A DNA stretch of 64,000 bases, taken from the NCBI GenBank assembly GCA_012295275.1, contig CM022672.1:17794001-17858000 (forward strand), given 5' to 3'. Numbering within the stretch: position 1 is the stretch's first letter; each line of letters begins with the position of its first letter. The stretch comes from Chrysomallon squamiferum. Lineage: Eukaryota; Animalia; Mollusca. Under the pieces are notes generated by a model. That model searched no databases, had not been told where the DNA came from, and worked only from the letters and a program-made list of their open reading frames with translations. Below, in pieces: positions 41,690-55,100 of the stretch. Position numbers and translations under genes: made by a program.

Positions 41690-43044
41690 GCCTTAAATAG
41701 TCCCTTGTAGGTTTGGGAATTACTTTTGAACATTTTATTGAGTTTCAATGTTGTTGCTAGCATTTCTTTTCTTTTTAAATTATTTTATTTGGTTTACTTT
41801 TTTTAATTATTTTTTTATAACATAAAATTGGAAAAGGATTAAGAAATTAAAATTTTTATATATGTGTATGTAAAAAAAACCACCAAAAAACAAACACCTA
41901 ATTTATAAGCATGATATTCCTGGTTAAATGTACGTTAAAAAAATTAATTATTATTACATAGGGATTTCTTTTTTATTATTGTTGCTCCAGTCTAGCAGAA
42001 ATCATTTCTTTTTCTACTTGAATTTTGTGTATTGACGTTAAAAGAAGAGAAAGGATTTAATATTAAAATCGGAGAAATACTTTCCTGCTTTATTTCACAG
42101 ATTCTTGTTTTTTTAATGATTAGTTTATTGTCATTAACTGAGCTTTATGGCATTGAATTGTAGAATTGCATGACTACACAAATAAAAAGTTCACTGGAGA
42201 TGTTTCATTGGCATTTTCTCATAAAAACTTTAGACTTTTGCATTCTAGTTCATTCACATAATAGGTGATTGAAGATACAGAGAATATCTAACAACTTGAA
42301 GCCAACAAACAATGTTATGCCCATTACGAAAGGAATTGCCATGCATACCATGGTAGAACCCAGAATAAGAACATGCTATTTTAAAATTAAACAAACCAGC
42401 TAAATCGAGTGAATGAAAACAAGTCAATTTAGTTTCAAGTTTGGACATGTGTAACTGAAAATAAATACTTTCTTCAAAAGTATTTCATTTAATCCCAGTT
42501 TAGTTTGATACATGATACAACCCAAATTTCAAATCTGCCTATTTTGATCATTCATTTTTGCTAGTATAGTAAAACACAGCAGCACATGGTGAATCCTCTA
42601 TATAGTATATTCAACCAAGTCAGTAGATAATTAATGTCTCCCAATTCCAGTTCTAGCCAGACATATTTCCCATCTCTTGAATTAATGTAGACATTAATAG
42701 CAATTATTTGTGGGGGTTGAAAGCAAAATGGATGTCATTACGTTTAATATTTTTAGTCATTTGTGTTTTAGTATTTGTCATGTACTAACTTTTCAGTGTC
42801 ACTAGTGTTTGCTTTACTTTTTTCTTTTTTTTTTTATCTTCTTTCTCTTTTTGTTTAAAATTATTTTATACTTTTAATTTAATGATTTATATTTCAGAGT
42901 GCACTATTTTATTATTTTTATTACATTTTTGACATGTATTTCTTGGCAAAATGCTTTTTTTTTTATCTTCAGTATATTGATTTGCTAAGTGTGTGCGTGC
43001 GTGCGTGTGTGTCTGTTTCATTTTATTTCTAATTTATGTGTTGT

Positions 43045-43093
<49 letters not shown>

Positions 43094-44499
43094 TCTCTTA
43101 CTAATGTTGGACTAATGATTTGTTTTTATTATTATTTTTTTTTTTAAGTTAACTATATATCAATAAGTTGGAATTATTTATATTTTCAGAGACTGCAAAA
43201 TTATACGAGACCCACAGTCTATGAAATCCAAAGGATATGGTTTTGTCTCATTTGTTAACAAACTGGTAAGTTTCATTCAACATGCAAATGTCTGTGCATC
43301 CTAATATCTGTTTTACTGATGAAGTCGTGTGCATTTGAAAAAAAAAAAAAAAAATTTTGTTTTTTAAACCTAATACATTTAACATAAGAGCATCCAATCA
43401 TAATTAAATACTGTTTGATAACATATGTATTATCAGTAAAAGAACTGCCAATTAATTTTTACCATATTCCTAACAGTTCATTTACTATTGTAAGTAACTA
43501 AAGATAAGAATATAATTACATTATCCTGGAACAAAACAATATATCCTTTAACGGACGGGGTTCATTTTTACATACATCAAAGACAAAACAGGTCTCCTGA
43601 TAGTTTTCCAAAGTGTACAGTAATTTTCATTATCTTGTGGTAAATACAATAATGGGTCTGTTTGACAAACTCATATTGCCTTGTCAGAACTGTTCATAGT
43701 ATAAACACTTAATTGAATACTGTTTGGTTTTCCTTGTAATGGTCAAAAGTAGATGGAATGAGTGTGGGAGGGCGTTCATGAAGCATGGAGTAACAAAAAA
43801 AGAACAACATGTTTGAATATGGAAATAATTTGTTTATAATCATTAAATATAAATGAATAAAGTAAATATATGTTTTTAGTTTTACAATGTATGTTTAAAA
43901 AATAAATGTACACATATATTTGTAATTTTATTTTATGTATGTTGATGGTTGGAAGAATAGACAGATATGCTATATATAACTGAACAAAATCTATTTTTTT
44001 TATATTCTTGAAATAAAAACACAATAGTGCATTGATAGATATCTGAAATTAACATGTTTGGAGCAATCATTATAAAAAAAAATAAACCAAAAAACCCCAT
44101 ACCAAATGATTATAAAATGTAAAAATAAAAATCCATATTAATACCACAAACAGTTTCGAGAAAAGCTTATGATGTGTTGAGAGAATTAATCCATATCTAA
44201 AATGTGCATTAATGCATGTTTGTTCATGGTTTAGTAAGACTTGTTAAATAAACACTAATAGTTTAACATTAATAAAACGCTGTTGAACTAATATTTTTAA
44301 AATCATTTTTACCTGTGGCTGAAAAGAAAGACAAACAGAGAGTCATGCAAACCTGTTACTGATAGCATCATTTTAAATGGCTCATTTGTAGAACACAAAA
44401 ATCATAAAAAAAATTTCCAACTGTACAATTATTTGACTACATTTTTCATGTGTGACTATCCATTAATTGTTATCTCTTTGTCATTTTTGGATGCTAGTG

Positions 44500-44536
<37 letters not shown>

Positions 44537-45577
44537 CAGTTTTATTGATCACTATGTCTACTTGTACATGCATTCATATGAACATAATTGGTAGCCAAAT
44601 TAAATGTTTGCAGCCATTATATCATGAGCTACAGCTGCTGAGTGAAGGGAAGGGCCAATTCACCTGACTTGTTATGTTTAATACCTCCAACATAAAACTG
44701 AATCAATACTCTGACATAAAACAATTGTTGTTGCTGTTGCTGTTGCCACTGTGTAATAATAAACTACACACAGGTGTGAATGCAGTGTTGAATGTGGTAT
44801 TCATAGCTATGTTTTTCTAGGTACAATCATTTCAGTACTTGACTGGATACTTTTACTTAAAATTACATCATTTCATAAAACAGTTTATGTAGGCATTTGG
44901 TTTTGTGCAATTTTATAACAATAGCAACAACAACAACAACAATTATTATTATTTGAATATTTTGTTTTATGTATTATTAATAAAGTAATAACAGTAATCT
45001 TTAAAAAGTTACTTCATGTCTAAATAAATGCTTTGTTGTTGGGACCATCTAATGGCATAAATTTCTTCTTTAATACTGGAATAATTAGTTGTTTTATGTG
45101 TGTAGATTTCAAACATTAACAACTCTTTTGGCACAGATAAAACCATTACTATGCAAAATTTATTGTACAAATTTCAGAATAAACATTATAGATTCCATGT
45201 CTTTAATATTTAATTTACATTTTGTACATCAAAGAAAAAGAAAGCAAACTCAAAACATTTTTTTTTTTTTTTTTTTTTTTGTATAAATGAATTAAGTAAT
45301 GAAAACCATCAAAACAATAATAAAACATTTCTTCAAAAAAAAAAACCAACTAAAAAGGCCAACAAAAAAAACAAAACAAATATCAAATACTAAAAAATAT
45401 CAAAGAAAGTGATGTGATCACACAATAATTAAAGTAAATGTAAATGTTTTTTTTTTTTTTTTTTTTTTCTGTTTCATTCTATTTTTCTCGGGTAGTTTTA
45501 TTTATTTGTTTATTTTATTTTGTTAATTTTTTTTTTGTTTGTTTGTTTGTTTATATTTAATTTTGTATTAAAAATAA

Positions 45578-45608
<31 letters not shown>

Positions 45609-45907
45609 CTTTTGTGATAGCAAAACTACAAAAACTTTCTTTTCTCATTAATTTTCTCAGGATGCAGAAAATGCTATTAGTGGTATGAATGGTCAGTGGC
45701 TGGGGAGTCGACCAATCAGAACAAACTGGGCTACCAGGAAACCACCAGCACCAATGCAAAAGGAAAATCGCTGGTCTTCAGGTGAATATACTCAATCAAA
45801 AGTGTAAAGAGAAATACTAACTGCCTTTTACGAGCTACACTCAAATCTTTTTTGTTTTAATTTAATTTTTTTTTTTTTAAATTTATAAAAAAAAAAATTT
45901 CTCTTAA

Positions 45908-45938
<31 letters not shown>

Positions 45939-48900
45939 GATGCTTATATAACCTGAACAAAGAAAGAACAAGAAGAAAAACAACAACTAAAACACTGAAA
46001 TCGATACGAGGTTCTTTTAATAAAATATTTATGGAAAATGTCAGAAAAACTTGTGTCAACTTGTTGTGCTTGTGGACAGCACATTTCAGTCAGCATGACG
46101 GATGACGAAATTGGCTTGTGCATTGTGGCACCTGGTTACGTTTCCATTTTAGTCCCCATTGTCTGGAATCTATACTTGATTGACACATAATTAAGATACA
46201 TCACTGGGCACACATGATGTAAATTTGTATGTAGATCACGGTATAAACTGACAAAGGAATTTATCTGTGCTACCATTTGTACTGAGTTTATAATGGTGTT
46301 GATTGTCTCTTAGGGATTGTTAACCTGTTTTATTCTGACGATTTATTCTGTATAATAACACTTTATATAATAGCTGCATTCTTCCTTGCAACTGAATATA
46401 AGTTTTATAATTATTATTATATATATATATATATCTGTGCATAAAATAATAAATTCCATCCTTTATTGTCTTTTGTGACATTAAGTCATTGAAACAAAAG
46501 ATGAATTTTGGATAAAGAGATACATTGTCTTCTAATTTTGTTATGATTACAATAATAAAGAAAAATTTCTGATGTTCTGAAGAATTCAAGATCATATTTT
46601 GTAGGGTTTTTTTTTTTTTTTTTTTGTTTTTGTTTTATAGACTTTGATCTTTGAAGAAAGAAACCATCCAGTAATCTTAAATGATTACCATTGATCACAA
46701 AAACTTTTATTTATTTGAGTACAGGGAAGCAATCTGTTTAAATACATGTTAATAAAATAGTGAAAAGCGAAAAATGGTCTTTACTCTGCAGTAAATTGAC
46801 ATGTTCCAGTTTTAGTGTTGATGTCCCCAAGATCAAATTTGTCTTGATGTATTGCACATTTTAAACCTGATAGGAAGTGCTCTGTAATGTTTTCATTATC
46901 GATATGTTCTTAGATTGTTTTGTTGTAATTTGTTCCAGATAAGTAAGAACATTTTCTATTTCATTTTTATTTTACCTTTGTAAAAACTGAACAGAATTAC
47001 TAAAAAAAAAAAAAAAAAAAAAAATATAATTGTTTGTGCAGTCTAAAAAGTGGCTTTCATGATAAAAATGTGTTATCAGAATTTACTTATTTCTTCTGAA
47101 TTACTGTTGACAGTGTCCAGATGTCAGCTTGCAAATATTTCTTCTTTGTTTTCTTTATTTTTTCCACTTTTCTTTTTCTTTTATGTATTAATGATAATAG
47201 GCTGTGTGGGTTTTAAACATGTCTTTTATGAGTTGTTCATGGAAAAACTACACTTTTCATTATATTCTTTTACTTTATTCTGATGTTTATTATCTAATAA
47301 GTTTCGGTATTGTTTTTTTGTGTGTGTGTGTTTTTTTTTTATTCCATTTTAAAAACAAAAACAATTATATTTGCTTAAAAGGAAGTTTTTGTTAATGATT
47401 GATTCTAAATTGAAAAATTAATGGAATTTAATGCAACTGGCATAGAATTCTGAATAACCTTTAAATGACATTCTGTTCAAAAAACACATTTTTCACATGT
47501 ACATACTGTTTCTTATAATAGCTTTAAAAGTCAGCATATATATGCAGGATTAAATAGTTTTTTATCTTTCTATTTTTTCATAGTTCTGTTTTTATCTTAT
47601 ATTTTATCCTAGATGTAAAACCGCTAAATTATGATGAAGTGTACGGCCAGTCCAGTCCAACAAATTGTACAGTATATTGTGGAGGAGTTACTACAGGTTT
47701 AACAGGTACATTTCAGTTCTATGTCCTAAGATAGATTAGTGTTTAATTCAAGCAAGCAAATAATAATAATAATAGAGTAAATGTCTAAAATTTCTAATAC
47801 ATTTTTGTGAAAATATATTTGTCTAAAAAGAAATAATTTTTTTTTTCTACATCACAAATAATCATCATCTTTATACAATTTGATACACACAATGAGGAAT
47901 TAAGAAATTTGATTACAATTCCTGTATATAATGATTAATCATAGATGCATTCAAAAATCTTCTGGCACTTTTTGAGAAAAACTTTTAAACGATAAATCAC
48001 TTAATTACTCTAAATTGTGCACTGACAATCATAATGTCCTTTAGTTTTTCAGTTGCTTCTGAATTTTATTTTGTTAATTTTTTTTTTTTTCACTGTGATA
48101 TTTGATTGTATTTTTTATTACAGAGGAAATACTTAGAAAAACTTTTTCACCTCATGGTACTATACATGAAATCAGGGTGTTTAAAGATAAAGGATATGCA
48201 TTCATAAGGTAAGATTTGTATTTATATTATTTGTTATTTAATCTAAATCTGACTTAGCAGTGTGAAATATATCATGCACAAAATACATTAGTGTTTATAT
48301 TGAAGATTTTTTCCTAATTGGTCTAGGTTAGTGTCATCCATGCTGATAAAGCACCATTTTGCTTCCATTTCAAAAAAATAAAAGAAATAAAAAGTAAATA
48401 ATTAAAATAACAACTGCAAAAAACTGTTGCAAATTAGAATGTTGTTCTCTCTCTGTCTGTCTGCCTGACTCTGTTGCTTGCTGTTAGTAACTGTTGTATT
48501 TTATTTTTGTTTTTTGTTATTATTAAACTCTTGCTAAGACCTGTAATTCTAACTGTTAATGACATATTTTCTGGATAGTATAATGAATGTTTTATAATGA
48601 TTAAATATAAGAGTAATGTCTTCATAAGCAGATTGTGGTCATTATGATAAGGTCTCTGATTATCTGGTTTATTAAGGAACTGTGTAAGACATACATACAT
48701 ACAGTATCTGTCTACCTTGATTAAAAAAAACACCAAAAAACCCTCATGTATGAAAACTCTGAACATGATTAAACCAGAACGTTGATGTGTTCTGGCTTGA
48801 TTAAAAGTAATGGAAGAAATCTGTAGAGTAATTTATAATTTAAAGAAATGTGGTTCTTTACTTCAGTGGTGGAAATGGTTTTGAGAAATTGTGAATACAG

Positions 48901-50254
48901 AACTATTCATTTTTTGAAACCTTTTTTTAACTACAAATTTTTATATTTCCAAATTCAATGCTAATACATTTTTTTTTAATGAATGTAGACATGATGTTTC
49001 TACAGTTTATCTGCATTGCATTTATGATACATTTTTACTTATTTATGTATTTATTTTTTTTATTTTATTTTTTTGATTGTGATATTGCTCTCTTTTAATG
49101 TCTAATTTATTCTTTTTTATTTCTGAAAAAGAAAATTCACAAGATGGCGCTGTTGAATTCTTTTATTTATTTATTTGCACTTGCTTTCTTTCTTTCTCTT
49201 CATTCAAAATAACCAATAATAAAAAGCCAACCAAACAAACAAACAAACAACGCAGATTGTTGCCAGTATTAAATTAACCTCTTCTTTATGCACATTAATG
49301 GCTGATTTATTTGCAGATTTAACTCAAAAGAATCGGCAGCTCAGGCTATTGTTGCTGTGCATGGCACGACAATCAACGATCAGGTAGTCAAGTGTTCCTG
49401 GGGTAAAGAGTCCAATGACCAAGCTCAGTCAGGACAGACCCAGGTAGACTCTTTTGTTATTCACTTGAAACACAATATTCTGCTCATTAATCATGCAGTT
49501 TATCTAGCTGAATTGTAGGTTGAAAAAAAAAGATAATAATAATAATAATAAAAATTGATAACTGAAAGCTCTGACTAAGTTAGTAGCAGTGACTTGGGTG
49601 AAGTAAATGGGTATGTGTGATTGATATGAAATTTATGAAGAAATCAGTGGAAATATGATACATGTAAAAAGTGTTGAATAGTGTTTATTGAATTTTTGTT
49701 GTTGTTGTATTTAGTGTATTACTATTAGCATTTTTTTTTTTTTTTTTTGTTGTAAATTTAAATATATTGGTGGAATATATAAGTCTTTTTGAAAACTGTT
49801 ATTTTCAGTTGTTGGTTACAGTATTGGAATTCTTCACAATTCCTGTTAGGCTCTTTTCCACTTACACCACTGTCCCAGAGCTAAGACCATTTTTGTGCTC
49901 TCCTTTTTCTGGGGAGGGGAAATACAAACTTAAAATGCCTCACTCCTATTCAATAAAGACAAATACAAGACCTGTTAAAGGTAAATATTTTCACCAGACA
50001 ACAGTACTAACTGATGCATCATTATCTTCAACAGCAAGCTCCGCAGCAGTTCCAGCAACCTTCCTCTCAGTCCTCACAGTATGGAGGTTTTTATAATGTT
50101 GGCTATTGGGGTGGTTATCCCAGTGGAGCCAATGCCTATCAGAACATGGGTCAAGGAGGCTACATACAGGCACAAGGAATGGGTGGACAGTGGCCAGCAA
50201 GTGGATACAACTATCAAGCATATGGGTAAGACTTGTGTATATATTAATTTAAAA

Positions 50255-50293
<39 letters not shown>

Positions 50294-52131
50294 CCTACCC
50301 CAACACATCTTACTCCGACACTTAAAATGTGTTTTGGTGTTGTATTCATTAGTCACAAAAAATAAAAATCAACAAATAACTTTAGTTTTGTTAGTCACTG
50401 CTAATAATATTCACGAAAGATGTGGTGTATGTTTTAACCTGTTTCAGAATGTTCATATAAAAAGATCACATACGCTAATTATAGCAGCATTCTCTAATCA
50501 CTAGTTAGTTATATTAAAATAGGTTGTCAAGCATTAAATTATTCCGTGTCAATTTCTTCTTCTTCTTCAGGAGTATGTCAAATATGGGTGTACAACAGTT
50601 TGGACAGATGATGCAACCTGGTCAGCAGTTTAACGGACAGCAGCAAAGCGTGATGGGATATCCTATGCAGCAGGGTAAACACTCCAGTTTTCTATGCTAT
50701 GCACTAAGTCAGTGATTTGGATTGACTTTCCCCGTTATTTACTCCTAACATTGTGTTAACCCTTTTTTCTTGCTCAGCCATAACTTGTTCACATAGGTTC
50801 TTGTTTTGTTATAGTTATTTTTTTTTTTTTTACTGTTGTGTGGAAATAAATTTATTGTTTTTAATTTATTTATTTTGTTGCTTTTTAAAAAAATAAAAAT
50901 AATAATAATAAAAACACAGTCAAACTTAATTTTTTTTTTATCAATTTAATTTAGAAACCTACCATTTTTCGCAGAGATAGTCAGAGACAATATAGGGGTT
51001 GGGAGAAAAAGATTAAAGTAAAGATTCAGCAGATTTTCATAAAGTTGTTATAAAATGTCAGTGAATTTAAAAGAAAAAGAAATAAGACTTGATATTAGAA
51101 GGGTGATAGTACATTTGAATTAAAATAAATCTAATTTTTCTGATAGCTGCATATCACCTGTATATTATGTAGATAAAATTGTTACTGTTTTTGGGGTGTT
51201 TTTTTTTTTTTTTATAAATGTTTTAAATGTAATAATAGAACTACATAAAAAGTAATGTTTGAAATAATGCATTTAATAGAAGACTTATGCAAAACGGAAA
51301 TGAAATAAAAATTATAGAAGAGATTTTAGGATGAAAAATTACAGATTAAAAACTATAGGGGTTATTTATTCCTGAATTTAAAATTTGTTATTTATTTGTT
51401 TATTATATTTTTTATTTTATTTTTTTTTTTTTTTTGTTAAGATGTGTTGAATTTCTAATCTACACATTTCTGCCAAATTTTAATTAAACTCTGGTTGAAC
51501 ATTTAATTAAACTTTGGTTGACAAAGATATTCCATCACAAAAATCATAATGAAATGCTAGCATTTATTCTCTGGTGGTCTTTCATTTAAATGTAAAAATG
51601 GGTTTCTAGATTAAACAATCTTGTTAAACAATCCCAATGTCACACATTTTTGCAAATGACAAAATTTCACTGTTTCCTTGTAGTGGTCTTTTTTTTTTTT
51701 CCTTTTTTTTTTTTTCTCTTTTTTTGATAAAGTTATTTCATTAATCAAGCCAGTAATTGTGCTTTTAATACACATTTTTAAGATTAGTGTTTAATTTGAA
51801 CTGTTTTATTTTTAATTGTTTAATAACGTCAAACAGGTTAGGATTTTACAGTCATTATGTTTCTAGATTAATGACAAAAGTAAAAACTAAAGGCAGGATT
51901 TCTGAAAATCATTTTAGTTGTAAAATAAAATTTCAAAAAGCATGCATCATGCACCTTTTGTTATTATTTTTTATTTGTTTTATTATGTAATTAACATTTT
52001 GTGGTTGTATTTTTCTTTATTTTTCTGTTTTGTTTTCTTTTTTCCAATTTTTGTTTCTTACCTAATATTTAATTTTAGAAAATAAAATAATAAATATAAA
52101 CCTGTTCCAAAATCATAACCATATATATACA

Positions 52132-52166
<35 letters not shown>

Positions 52167-55100
52167 TTCCTCACCACCACCAAATGCATTTATTATTTTC
52201 TAAACAAATCTTTTCCCTTGCCAAAAATTTTATGACTAAGAATTCAAGAACGTCGATAAAGAGTTTCAGAATTGTAGTTTTTGTGTCTTTGGTTTATTTA
52301 TTTTTTATTTTTTATATTATTTTTAAAATTTTATGTCTATGAATCATTGGGTTGAAAAGCACTGTGACCCAAGTTAGGGAAGTTAAACTGGGTAGAGAAA
52401 TAAAGACTGTCTAAGTTACTTCTTTTTCAATTTTTTTATATTTCAAATTTTAAAGCTCATATATGTAATAAGTAGTTAACAAGACCTATGTAGTTTACTG
52501 CTGGTTTCAAGAAGTTATTTAACCAATAATAGTTTGGTGTTGGTGGTGTTTAGTTTTAGAATCATGCATGAATTAATTTTTTGTACTTCTGTCATAATCA
52601 TAAAGGTTTGTTTTTTGGTTGTCCTTTCTTTTCTTTCTTTTTTCTTTTTTTTTTCCTCCACTGTTTTATTTATCTTTTATGCTAAATATTCTCTTGAATC
52701 ACAGTAGATTATTTATTTTGCATTGTTTTCACTTTTGCTTAATCCATGAACAGAAACCGTTTGAAAAAATCTTAAATTGCTCATTTATTAGCTTTTGTAT
52801 ATCTTATTTTCATATTATTCCTTATTTATTTATTTTTATTTAATCTTAATTCTATTCATCTTCTTTTCATGTTCATTTTTAATCCAGTATTTATTTAAAT
52901 ATTTATTATTACTGTTACTCATCCTACTACTTTCCAGTTAATTTATTTTATGTAGCATTATAAAAAAAAAATAATGTTCTTCATATAATATTCAGAAAGT
53001 AACATCAACAACAGAAAAAAAATTTAATAAAAATAAAGAAAAGCACAAATTTTACCAATGAGAGTAGTAGTCATTAATGTTAGATTTTTTTATATGTGTG
53101 TGTGTGTGTGTATTAACATATAATATATAACATGAAAAATTAACCTAATTTCATATTTGGCCTTAACTAATAATATGTTTGTCAGGAAAACTGCATTTTT
53201 TTAACTGCAGGTTATGTTATAAGACTAATATTTCTAACAATACATGCACATCTGTGTTAAGCTGTTTCTAATATATAGTAATAACTAAACTTGGTTTCCA
53301 AATCACTGACGTTTTGAGAGAAAAAATAACTGTAGAAATAAATGAAAACTAACCCAAAATGTACTTCTTGTAATATATGTTCAAAACTGCCTGGGGGAAG
53401 GGAAACAAACAAAAAAAACAAATACTCAAGATCTTCATATTAGAAGATGAAATAAGATTAAATATTTTGATGTTGAGAACTTAGATCAGATTATAATTTA
53501 GAGTGGTAATACAAGATAGTGATAGTTTGAGACAATATTGATCTTATTTTCTGATGCTTTAGAGGGGTTTTAAGCAAAAATAAAACTGAAATGCTTGTAA
53601 ATAGATTAATATAGCATCACAGATGCTCTTCTAAAGATAGGGATAGAACAATATTTAAAATTTACAGAATATTTTGCAATATGGAATGGATATAAATTGT
53701 CTTCTGTAGATGGGTGGGTTTGATTTGAGGTTTGAAATGGGTTAAGATGGGTTTGTAGTGTGTGAATGGCTTAGCACGTGTTACAGTAATGGGAAATCCT
53801 GCCCAGTGTTCTTTACAATTTACATATTAAACAGAAATTAAAACAGTTGCAACTTATTTTAATTTATTGTTTAATCTTTTTTCTTAATAATTTAGTGGAA
53901 AAGAATGAACCTACTTTAACTGGAGTTTATATACTTTAAATATATAATTAAATTAAGGCTTACTTTTATACCATAATTTCTCAGCTATATTGCATGGTTT
54001 TACAGACCCTGCTTTCCATTTATTTATTATTATTATAATTAAACCTTTTTTTTTTTTTTTTTTTTTATATATATGAATTATTTATTTCTATATGACCAAC
54101 AAGTCATGGCTTGAGCAAGAATTGTAAGGTAGAAAGTAGCTAGGCGTTTTGTGTTATTTGTATATTGTTGTATTGTGAATGCAGAAAATTTGTTTTGTAC
54201 ACATAGATAGTAACTTAGAAATGTTTCCCCTGTTTATGCTAATTTATGCATATATTATATTTTCTTCTTTAAATATTCAAAATTATCACTTCAGTAATTA
54301 TTGATGATTAATATTTTAGTAAAAATAATGTATTTAAATTTTTTAAAATATATAATTAATTTTAATTGCTTCTAATTGTCCACATTTTTATAAATATGTT
54401 TAACCATTTCACTGGTTTACTGCATAGCATACATTAATTTTTTTCTTTTTTTAAACATTCTTTTCTTTTTTACGTTTTTCTTTTTTTAATTCTTGAATGC
54501 TTTTTCTTCTTGCACATTTTATAATTGTTGTAACAAAAAAAAAAAAAAAAGAACATTTTTTTATAAAAAATTAATCACACTGCTTTAAGCTTTTGTGGTA
54601 GAGGCAAAAAAAAATGTGGAGGAACTTATAAAATTTCTCTGTGAAAAAAAAAAATCAAAAATTATTTGTTGTGGCCATATTTTTGAGTTGAATTATGTTT
54701 TGTTTTGTAGATCTAGATTAGACCAGTGACGTTATTTTTCATGTAAGTACGTGTCCCTGTGCTGGACAACATCTAGTGCTAGGACAGACATAACAATGTG
54801 TAGCACCTGCAAAAACATCACTTCAAGGCACGCAGGGATCACCTAGAACGCCATCATTGATAATTCTGGTCGAATAAGCCATTTAGGTGCAAAATAACGT
54901 TTACGAGTGTACCGCGACCACTGAACTTTTTGAAAAGAATTTTTTTTTAAAAATCTATGCAAATGAATAATCAATAGTAGATAATAAAAAGTCATCATCA
55001 ATATAATATTGTGTGTAAATGTTTATATAAGTTAACTTGTAGAGGTTAGAAAAATAAAATAAAAAATAATAATAGTAGTAAATGAAGTCTTTAAGAAGCT

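Noticed and set aside
38653-45056. Shared 13-mer accatctaatggc at about 38653 and 45044, and similar 12-mers elsewhere
   Set aside because: Exact 12-13 nt matches are expected many times by chance within 64 kb, and there is no extended similarity.
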